Positions 31,229-39,900 of a DNA stretch of 64,000 bases are shown one piece after another. Source of the DNA: a virus (taxonomy: Duplodnaviria > Caudoviricetes); IMG/VR virus record IMGVR_UViG_3300037400_003286. One strand, 5' to 3'. The notes under the pieces are model-generated. The model made no database searches. It saw only the letters and a list, made by a program, of their open reading frames with translations, and had not been told where the DNA came from. Every line of letters starts with the position of its first letter. Position 1 is the stretch's first letter. The translations under genes and the position numbers were made by a program.

Positions 31229-31666
31229 ATGGCTATAGATTGGACAACAATTGTTGTGACTATAATTGGTCTTATTGGTAGCGGTGGTATCGGTTCTCTG
31301 ATTGCTCTTAAGTATTCTAAAAGAAAGGCTAAGACTGAAGCAAATTCAGCAGCCAATCAGGAACAGGCTGAAAGAATAGATTTGGGTGACAAGTATGTTA
31401 ATCAGATGCTTGCTATGCTTGAAAAACTTCAATCAGCACAGGATCAGAATCTAGCAATGAGTAAGGTTAACAGCTACGAAAGAAAAGAATCCTGGGATGC
31501 TGTTGAAAAAAAGATGACGGAAATTCACGATGACATTGTAAACGTAAAGAGTGAAGTGTCAAGTATTGTCCTGTACTTGAATGGCGGTTACAGACAATAT
31601 AAGGCAGAGCATCCAGAGCTTAAAGCGTTAGATGTAATTTCTGAAGAATCTGAAAGCAACGATTAA
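31229..31666 (+). CDS. Holin-like single-TM protein
   Basis: DWTTIVVTIIGLIGSGGIGSLIAL followed by a basic stretch and a coiled coil. Confidence 0.45.
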   Translation: MAIDWTTIVVTIIGLIGSGGIGSLIALKYSKRKAKTEANSAANQEQAERIDLGDKYVNQMLAMLEKLQSAQDQNLAMSKVNSYERKESWDAVEKKMTEIHDDIVNVKSEVSSIVLYLNGGYRQYKAEHPELKALDVISEESESND

Positions 31667-31679
31667 TGTTTTAAATATA

Positions 31680-31718
31680 AACAAAGAGACGGGAGAAAAA
31701 TCTTCCGTCTCTTTGTTT
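31680..31718 (+). terminator. Intrinsic terminator
   Basis: aacaaagagacgggaga-aaaa-tcttccgtctctttgtt. Confidence 0.75.
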
Positions 31719-31755
31719 TAATCGTTTTTATAAAAAATACGTATAATAATATAAA
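31719..31755 (+). promoter_or_regulatory. Class II promoter driving the late sigma gene
   Basis: TAATCGTT at 31719 and CGTATAATAATATAAA at 31740. Confidence 0.75.
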
Positions 31756-31772
31756 CGAAGAACTTTAAACAG

Positions 31773-32219
31773 ATGTCTACAAAATTACAGGAAAAACTGA
31801 GATGTCAGAAACGTGGAGAGGAATTTGTTGACGAAACACTTAGCAGTATAGGAAGAACACCTGAATCACAGCATTATGTAAAGAACTCAGTATTGCTTGC
31901 TGAAATACTAAAATGTAAGAGAGAGAACAACGGACAGGCGAGCGATGAATTGGCTAAGATGTTTATACAGATTGCAACAAAGCTTTCAAATAAGCTTAAA
32001 TATACAAACGAGGAAGACAGAATAGATTGTATATATACAGCAGTAGGCGACTGCATAAGATATTTCAATGACTTTGATGAGAACGTAACACAGAACGCAT
32101 TCGCTTATATCACTTCAATATGCAGAAACGGATTTGCAAAAGGATGGAGAAATCTTGGATATATGAAACTTCCTCAAAGCATGCAGGTTTCTTTATCAGA
32201 TAATGTTTATTCGATTTAG
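31773..32219 (+). CDS. gp55: T4 gp55-like sigma factor for late transcription
   Basis: HYVKNSVLLAEI, ELAKMFIQIATKLS and NAFAYITSICRNGF match gp55 conserved blocks. Confidence 0.85.
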   Translation: MSTKLQEKLRCQKRGEEFVDETLSSIGRTPESQHYVKNSVLLAEILKCKRENNGQASDELAKMFIQIATKLSNKLKYTNEEDRIDCIYTAVGDCIRYFNDFDENVTQNAFAYITSICRNGFAKGWRNLGYMKLPQSMQVSLSDNVYSI

Positions 32220-32242
32220 TAAATAATAAAACAAGAACAATT

Positions 32243-32662
32243 ATGCAAAATAGTAACAGTTTATTGGATCAGGTTGGTTCTGATCTTGAAAATGGAGGAT
32301 TCGAGTCACTTCTTAGTGATCATGTAAATTCATTAGGTACATCTTCGGAAACACAGGAAGATTCATTGCTTTCGTCTGAAGACACAATGTCATTTGCAGA
32401 ACTTAACAATGATGTTATGTCGGAACATGAGATCGAACTTAGAAGAAAGTTTTTTTCTGATCCAAAGAACCAGGCACAGATTCTTCTTGATAATTACATC
32501 AAGAATCAGACCGTACTTGTAAATCATAGTCAGAGAAGAAGAATATATGCTGAATTCCTTCGTAATGCTAAGAAAGGAAAATATAAGAGAATTTTTGCTG
32601 ATTACATCAATGGTGTATCGAAGGAAGATTCACAGAAGAAATTTGCAAAATTGAACGGTTAA
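32243..32662 (+). CDS. Hypothetical protein
   Basis: 139 aa ORF with an A-rich leader. Confidence 0.55.
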   Translation: MQNSNSLLDQVGSDLENGGFESLLSDHVNSLGTSSETQEDSLLSSEDTMSFAELNNDVMSEHEIELRRKFFSDPKNQAQILLDNYIKNQTVLVNHSQRRRIYAEFLRNAKKGKYKRIFADYINGVSKEDSQKKFAKLNG

Positions 32663-32696
32663 TGTCTTAATAAATAGTCAAACTAATGACAAGTCA

Positions 32697-33059
32697 ATGA
32701 AAAAGATCTACTACGATGACTATATCGACAATGAGGATGAGATTTCAGATGAGGAGATGATGCAGGATTTAGATCCAGAGAATCATGGAATCATATTAGA
32801 GGATCCTGACACGTTAGAATATGACGAAGACTTAGACGATATTCAGATACCAGTTCAGCCGAAAACGCTATTATCAGCATTAAGGGATGAGTTGAAATTA
32901 CAGGAACCAGACAGAGGTGCTCTTTCATTCTCTAAGGATGGTGTTGATTATGAAGGTGTTCCTATGCTTGAGATAAATCCTAACAAATTCGTATTCAAGC
33001 TTGAGCCAGAAGGTAAATTGAAATCATTCCTGCTGTCAGATATTTACGTCACAGCTTAA
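32697..33059 (+). CDS. Acidic hypothetical late protein
   Basis: AATAAATA at 32669; terminator downstream. Confidence 0.6.
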   Translation: MKKIYYDDYIDNEDEISDEEMMQDLDPENHGIILEDPDTLEYDEDLDDIQIPVQPKTLLSALRDELKLQEPDRGALSFSKDGVDYEGVPMLEINPNKFVFKLEPEGKLKSFLLSDIYVTA

Positions 33060-33062
33060 AAA

Positions 33063-33092
33063 TAAAACGTCGCATAATCTGCGGCGTTTTAT
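33063..33092. terminator. Bidirectional terminator
   Basis: taaaacgtcgca-taatc-tgcggcgtttta. Confidence 0.7.
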
Positions 33093-33095
33093 ACT

Positions 33096-33236
33096 TTATA
33101 TTGTCGTTTTCTTACTTGGCTTCCTTATCGGAGATGTCCTTATAGACGTTATCTTGGTACTTTGAGTATCTTTGATCGTATAATCATATGATACAGTCTG
33201 TTGTTTTTTCTTAGGACATGTTGGACACGTTTTCAT
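33096..33236 (-). CDS. Small basic CxxC protein (46 aa; 53 aa if started at 33257), not in the ORF track
   Basis: MKTCPTCPKKKQQTVSYDYTIKDTQSTKITSIRTSPIRKPSKKTTI; AATAAATA at 33258-33265 (minus strand) upstream and a terminator downstream. Confidence 0.55.
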   Translation of the reverse strand: MKTCPTCPKKKQQTVSYDYTIKDTQSTKITSIRTSPIRKPSKKTTI

Positions 33237-33318
33237 TTTATCGACTATTTCTTTCATTATTTATTTGTTCAAGCCTTTTCTTTTTAGATAAATAATAAAA
33301 TGATTTTGCTTTATAGCA

Positions 33319-34140
33319 ATGAAGATTAATATTTATACAGACAAGAAACTACAAGAAGCTGATGAAATTCAGAACGGTGACGGTGAATCTAATGCAAGTC
33401 AGGAAACAAACGTTAATGCTGTAGATCAAAACCAGAACCAGGAACAGAATACAGACACAACCGAACTTTCACAGCAACTTGTTGCATTCGTTAACAGAAA
33501 GACTCAGTTAAAAACTCAATACGATGCCGACATTAAGGTGTTGAACGATCAGATTATACTTCTCCAGAAACAGAGAGGTGATTTGCAGGATGCTGATGTT
33601 CAGACAGATGAACAAGCACAGGCAAACAAAGCAAAGTTAATACAGACAAATATCGCTCTTAATGATCTTGCCAACAAAAAGCTTGTGAAAAAGACAGCTT
33701 ATCAGCAGAATGTAAAGAATATTGAACAACAGATGATTCTTATCAACAAGACTATCGCTGAGAATGGTGGTGATGTTGATGTCAAATGTGTTGATGAGTC
33801 TTTGAAAGCAAAGATCAGATTCAGTAAGAAACTCTATGAGGCTGTACTTAACAGAACAGATGAGATGTATGCTGAAATCTGCATAGCGTTTGACAATATA
33901 GATAATCTGTCATATCGCCCAGATAATACTAAATGCAGAACATTTGCAAAGAACATCATAGCTTATCTTAACAAGCTTGGATGGGAATCTGGAGGTCATG
34001 AAGACGAATTCAAGACTTTCCTTTTCAATATACTGAATGCAAGTCATATTTCACTTGCACAATCAGAGAAAGAGAAATTCGTAAATAATCTGATAGGTCT
34101 AATGAAAGAAAATACACTTTTCATGTGGCTGTTCCAATAA
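33319..34140 (+). CDS. Coiled-coil late protein, first gene of the MoxR operon
   Basis: GATAAATA at 33287; LQEA, VDES and LYEA motifs; Q/N-rich coiled coil. Confidence 0.6.
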   Translation: MKINIYTDKKLQEADEIQNGDGESNASQETNVNAVDQNQNQEQNTDTTELSQQLVAFVNRKTQLKTQYDADIKVLNDQIILLQKQRGDLQDADVQTDEQAQANKAKLIQTNIALNDLANKKLVKKTAYQQNVKNIEQQMILINKTIAENGGDVDVKCVDESLKAKIRFSKKLYEAVLNRTDEMYAEICIAFDNIDNLSYRPDNTKCRTFAKNIIAYLNKLGWESGGHEDEFKTFLFNILNASHISLAQSEKEKFVNNLIGLMKENTLFMWLFQ

Positions 34141-34172
34141 TAAGACAATCAAAAATATTTTAATATATTAAA

Positions 34173-36191
34173 ATGGCAAAATATAAATTAAGAAATAGCA
34201 ATAACGTTGTTAACTGTGAGATTCTGAATGAATCCGCAAACGATTATATTGTTCGTTTTAACAATGGCGTTATTCAGAATGTTCCTAAGGACAGAGTAAG
34301 TCAGCTTGATAATATTGATGAAGGTGTTCTTGACACTGTTAGAGGTGCTGCTGAGACTGTAAACAAGTATGGTCGCAAGTTTGCATCAAAGGTTAAGGAT
34401 ATTGCAAATAAGGTAAAGGAATTCTTGGTTAAGGCTTTCGTTGCTGACGGATTCGTTATTTTCAAGGGAACAGAAAACAAGTATCTTGAGGCAAGCCATC
34501 CAGTTAATGCTATGGAAGGTGCTAAGACTACAAATTGTGTAAACTATGTTCCTGGATCCGATACAGTAGAACTTTGTAACGAACTTGGTATTACACCAGA
34601 AGCTGTAGAGAACTATGAGTTTGAAGGTGAATATGAAGGTGCTATTGATTTCAGTGGTGCAACAAATGAGTCTGTAAAAGGATCAACTAGTCTTCTCAAG
34701 ACTTTGTTCGAGGCTGAGGATACACATCTTAGCAAGAGCGAAAAGATTAGCTTGAAGGGCACTTTCTGTGACTGGTCACAAGAACAGATTGTAAATTATA
34801 TGGCAAACGAATATATGAGTCGTTATGAAGGAAGAAAGCCAAATTCACTTCCTCTTCTGATCTGGGGTGCTCCTGGTATCGGTAAGACTTCTATTATTCG
34901 TTCACTGAAGGAGGTTGTTAAGAACGAAACAGGAAAGGAAATCAATATTATTTCAATCAACGGTGGTAACGTTGGTCCAGATGATTTCACAATGCCTGCA
35001 TCAATTGTAAAGACTATCACATCAAATGATATTGAGGATGTTGACAATGATGACTTCAAGGGTGCAACTCAGACTGTAATCAAGGATCTTCCTAAGACAT
35101 GGCTTCCTGTGTATAATCCACAGAGTGAAGAGGCTGATCCAGCACTTCTTAATGCTATTGCAAACGGTGGTGGTTTAGTTAAGGATGAGAATGGAAACGA
35201 TGTTATCGAAAACGGTCCTGGAGGAATCTTCTTCATCGATGAGTATTCACGTATGACACAGGCTGGTATGGATGCTCTTATGCAGACTCCTACTACTCGT
35301 GAAATAGGTTCTAACTCTACATTAAGATTCGGTGACAGATGGGTTATTATCTGTGCAGCTAACCGTAAGTCTGATATGAGCCGTAGAGGTGGCTCTGAGG
35401 CATTATCGTTTGAGGGTGCATCAAAGACACGTTTCAATCACTGTAATTTTGTTCCAGATCCAAAGGAATGGCTTGATTGGGCAAAGAAGGATTCATCACG
35501 TCGTCCAGGAAGAAAGAACGTTCTTACTGACATTGTAAGCTACATCGAAAGCGAACTCAAGAGAGATCCTAAGGAATTCGGTGATTTCTATGAAATGTGG
35601 TCACATCCAACAGGAGAACTTAACGGTGAGAAGGGTACAGCTAACCCACGTACATGGGAGGCATTAAGTGAGACTTTGATCGATCAGTGCCTTGAGAACA
35701 GATTCGGTAAGAGGTATCCTTCAATTTCGTCTATGCCAAAGGCTGCTCTTGCACATATCGCTTCTGGTATCGTCGGTGGTGACGTTGCTAAGAGATTTGC
35801 AACATTCGTTGCTCAGTTCTCTTTGTTCACTCCAGCCGATGCAGAGAATGTATGGACAAAGGGTGATAATGCTAAATATGAAATCATAAAGCAGCAGAAG
35901 CTTAATTCTTCTAACATTGAGGAATATTTCACTAATCATATCTTCCCACTTCTAAAGGATTGTTATCCTGGTGGACTTGAGAATGGTGTTGCTCCTGATG
36001 CTGCACTTCACTTCATGCAGTTCCTTGAGGCTTGCTGTTATGATGGAGGACAGTTTAATTTGAACAGATTTAAGACTATCAGCACAATGTTTGGATTTGA
36101 ATTTAATGTTGATCTTAAATCACTTCATGGTCCATATGCTGATGCAGCAAATTATAAAGAAGAAGTTATAGCTAAAAACGAATTAGTTTAA
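34173..36191 (+). CDS. MoxR-family AAA+ ATPase with a ~190 aa N-terminal extension
   Basis: IWGAPGIGKTS, FFIDEYSR, ICAANR, KTRFNH, NPRTWE. Confidence 0.85.
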   Translation: MAKYKLRNSNNVVNCEILNESANDYIVRFNNGVIQNVPKDRVSQLDNIDEGVLDTVRGAAETVNKYGRKFASKVKDIANKVKEFLVKAFVADGFVIFKGTENKYLEASHPVNAMEGAKTTNCVNYVPGSDTVELCNELGITPEAVENYEFEGEYEGAIDFSGATNESVKGSTSLLKTLFEAEDTHLSKSEKISLKGTFCDWSQEQIVNYMANEYMSRYEGRKPNSLPLLIWGAPGIGKTSIIRSLKEVVKNETGKEINIISINGGNVGPDDFTMPASIVKTITSNDIEDVDNDDFKGATQTVIKDLPKTWLPVYNPQSEEADPALLNAIANGGGLVKDENGNDVIENGPGGIFFIDEYSRMTQAGMDALMQTPTTREIGSNSTLRFGDRWVIICAANRKSDMSRRGGSEALSFEGASKTRFNHCNFVPDPKEWLDWAKKDSSRRPGRKNVLTDIVSYIESELKRDPKEFGDFYEMWSHPTGELNGEKGTANPRTWEALSETLIDQCLENRFGKRYPSISSMPKAALAHIASGIVGGDVAKRFATFVAQFSLFTPADAENVWTKGDNAKYEIIKQQKLNSSNIEEYFTNHIFPLLKDCYPGGLENGVAPDAALHFMQFLEACCYDGGQFNLNRFKTISTMFGFEFNVDLKSLHGPYADAANYKEEVIAKNELV

Positions 36192-36196
36192 TCACT

Positions 36197-36904
36197 ATGT
36201 ATGTGATCAAATATACAGATACACCTATAGAGACTTCCAGGCTGTTTGAATCACAGTCTGGAAATCCTATTTGGATCAAGAAAGATGGTACAGCCGTTGA
36301 CATGGATACTGTTGTTATGGTTGTTGAAGCTGTAATGCAGGACTTGGCACAGTATTTCCCAAGTGTTGAACGTATCATGAAGCATAAGGATATTATATAT
36401 ACTGATAATCCTTATGTTCCTACTATGGCTACTGACGGTGTTTCTATCTTTATTAACCCAGCTTTTGCTGAACAGCTTATCAATATGGATGAGGACAAAG
36501 GCCCACTCTATGTTGAATTTGTTCTTATTCACGAAGCACTTCATATTCTGTTTGATCACTGTAACAAACACATGGCAAATCTTGATAAATATTCGGATGC
36601 TGAAATAGTAAACATGGCACAGGATTATGAAATCAATTATACTATTGAGAATTTCATGAGACAAGGACCAGGAACAGCACCATTTAAGGGTATCACTAAT
36701 GAGCTTGGTGGATGTTATAGTGATGAATTCGGAAAGAAAGGTCTTACTTGGGAAGAGATATACGACAAAGTACCAAGACAGAAGAGAACAAAGGTTCTTG
36801 AAAAGACATCAGATGAATGGAAGAAAGGTTTTGCTGATGGATATGCAGAAGTTATGGCTAAATTAAGAAAAGAAAGTCTTGTTGAAAAATGCGTTACGAT
36901 GTAA
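36197..36904 (+). CDS. Zincin metallopeptidase (DUF2201 N-terminal type)
   Basis: PTMATDG, LIHEALH (HExxH), NMAQDYEIN. Confidence 0.8.
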   Translation: MYVIKYTDTPIETSRLFESQSGNPIWIKKDGTAVDMDTVVMVVEAVMQDLAQYFPSVERIMKHKDIIYTDNPYVPTMATDGVSIFINPAFAEQLINMDEDKGPLYVEFVLIHEALHILFDHCNKHMANLDKYSDAEIVNMAQDYEINYTIENFMRQGPGTAPFKGITNELGGCYSDEFGKKGLTWEEIYDKVPRQKRTKVLEKTSDEWKKGFADGYAEVMAKLRKESLVEKCVTM

Positions 36905-39900
36905 AGAAAGAAATCAACCAGGTTATACAGGATAAGACATTATCCAAGCAAGAGAAAATCCAGAAGATTAAGGATATTTACAATTCCGCAAATTCTGGTG
37001 GTGTGACTGGTGCTGATACAAAAGATGCTGGTGGTGCTGGTAATTCTGCCTCTGGTGGAAATAGTGGCAACGGACAAAATGATGATCAGAATCAGAATGG
37101 TCAGGGACAAGGCCAGGGACAGAATCAAGGTAACGGTAATGGTCAGCAAGGTCAGAACGGTCAGGGACAAAACGGTCAAGGTCAAGGACAGAATAATAAC
37201 GGACAACAGCAAGGCCAGAATGGTCAAGGACAGGGACAGAATGGACAGAACAATAACAATGGTGTCCATAATGTAAGCCATAATCAGTTGAAGAATCAGG
37301 GTGTTGGTCAGAATGGTCAACAGAATGGTAATCAGCAAAACGGAAACGGATCACAAGGAAATCATGGTAATCAGTCTGGTCAGCAAGGTCAGAATGGTTC
37401 AAATGGTGGACAAAATGGTCAGCAAGGTAATCAATCTGGCAATCAAGGATCAAACGGTGGTTCTCAAAGCGGACAGCAAGGAAACCAGTCTGGTAATCAA
37501 CAGAATGGCGGAGGATCTCAAGGATCTCAAGGTAATCAGCAAAACGGACAAGGTGGTTCACAGTCTCAAGGTCAGCAAGGTGGACAGCAGGGACAGTCTG
37601 GTAATCAGAATGGTCAAGGCGGTGGTTCACAAGGACAGCAGGGACAAGGAAGCCAACAGCAAGGTCAAGGACAAGGTAATTCACAAAACCAGAATCAAAA
37701 CGGTCAGCAAGGACAGCAGAACCAACAGCAACAAGGTTCACAAGGAAATGCTTCACAGCTTGATGAATATTCTATAGGATATATTCTTGGTAAGAAATAT
37801 GCCGAGGAAATGTACAAGCATAGAGGTCTTGCGCCTGTTATGAGAGACCAGGTTGAGCTTCCAGATAATCTTGATCCTATGAAGATTCTCGAATCATTGA
37901 ATGAATCTATCGATGATGATATTGCAGCTTTGCTCGATGATACAAGTATAGATGATGATGAAAGAACAAGCAAGATTCATGATCTGTTCAGAGATACAAT
38001 AAAAGGTGGCGGAAGCAAACAACAGGAACCAGAAGAGAAAGAAATCTATGTTCCAGATGATGTTATTGTCATGAGAAACGGAACAGTAGATCCTGACAAT
38101 CTTCTTAGTGGTGCTCACGTTATTGATGAAAAAATAGGTGATGAAATCCGTAAGGAGATGGGAGTTACTCCGAAGGATCCAGATTGGGGTATGAGTGATG
38201 ATGAGGATGCTATGATTAAAGAAGCATTCCCTATCATTGGTGATATTTTCAAACATGCTCCACAGGATGACAAGGAACTTGTGTCTGCTGCTGAAACAAT
38301 GAAGAATAAAATTGAAGGTCGTATCAGAAAGAGTCGTGAAGGTATTATTGACTGGAAGAAAGCACTCCAGGACTTTATTTCTGAGAGATCTCATACATAT
38401 GAGAAAGGCCCACTCCGTAAGAATGTATATCAGAGAACTGGTATAGGTCTTAGACATAGAGTAAAGGCTTTCAACGATTTTAACAAGTGTGTTGTATATA
38501 TAGATACATCTGGTTCTGTAAACAACGACATGACACAGCTTATTCCTATTATGACTGGTGAAGTTGGAAAAATCATGCAGGACTGTCATTTCAATACGGT
38601 TGATATTCATCTGTTTGATGATGTTGTATATAATGAACACTTTGATGTAGATTCATATACCGTACAGGATGAAAACTGGGGTATTGAAGGTGCTGATGAC
38701 GGTGGTGGTACAAACATCCATGAAGTTTACAAACATATCATCAAGAACTATATGAATGATGGTGAGCTTAATTATGATATTAATGCTATCATTATCATCA
38801 CTGACGTTTCTGGTATGCAGTATTCTGGAAATGTTAAACCATTCGCTGCTAAATTAGGTCAGCATACACTTGAGAGAATGCTTTACGTAATCTATAACGA
38901 TTATGCTAATATGTATCTCAAGGAAGTTACAGCAGAAATGGATCAACTTGTTTCAAAGTATTCACAACACTATGAAATTTCAGTAGAAGCATTTAGAAAA
39001 CAAATATTAAGTGAATCAATGAATATTAACCAAAAGAGAATGAATATGAACGAGGCTCTTGGAGGTTTGAAGAAGATTCAGCAAAAGCAACAGCAAGCTC
39101 AGATCGATCCATCTGAAAGAACAGAAGATGAAAAGAATGAGCGTCTGAGAAAAGCCGAAATTCAGGGTGCTCGTGCTGTCGGTCAGCTTGAGAAGGTTCT
39201 TCCTGAACTTGTTGCTAATCTGGAAAAGTTCTTCCCTAACTGTCGTATGGTAAAGGAATATACAGCTGTAATGGCTACTCCTAATACATATTATGTTACA
39301 GAGGAAGCTCATGTTATTCTTCATATGGATGTTGATGGATCTAACATCAATAATCTCTGCGAAGCTTGTTCCGTAATGACTATCGATCAGCTTATCGGTA
39401 ATGTAACACTGAAGAATGCCAGAACATTCAGAGGATTCCCCGTTGGATTCCCTAAGGAAATAAGTGGTGATTTGGTGATGTTTAATCTTGTCAATTTGGG
39501 CGGATTTGACAATGCTCCACAGGCAGTTACTGGACGTGTTTCAATCAATGTATGTTATCCAATGAACAAACGTATATCAAAGGATGCTCAGAATAAATAT
39601 GTTACATCATTGATGAAGACTCTTACACCAATAGGTGAACTCGAAAATAAACCAAAACATGTATTTACAATGACTAAGAGAAATAACGAAAGTGTAGCTA
39701 ATATCATTAAGAACAGAATAGCTCTAAGTGAGTCATTTATTAATGAAATGGCTATGCCTAAGAAACTTAGTCCTGTTTTCCCAAGACGTTCAAAACCTCA
39801 AGCTGGAAGCAAGGTTTCCGAAGATGATTATATAGCATCAACTGAACTATACAAGAAGAATAGAAATGTATTCTTCGATGTGATTGATCCTCTTCTTAAC

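Noticed and set aside
36880-36904. Programmed -1 frameshift fusing the peptidase and vWA ORFs
   Set aside because: The downstream frame has a TGA at 36883 just before a good ATG, and there is no canonical slippery heptamer. Translational coupling is the simpler explanation.
36991-37758. CRISPR array or DGR-type repeats
   Set aside because: The repeats are degenerate in-frame coding units, with no constant repeat-spacer period and no reverse transcriptase in the window.
36968-37777. Alternative-frame and antisense ORFs (up to 262 aa) over the Q/G/N tract
   Set aside because: They are by-products of low-complexity codons lacking stops, with no promoter or recognisable motifs.
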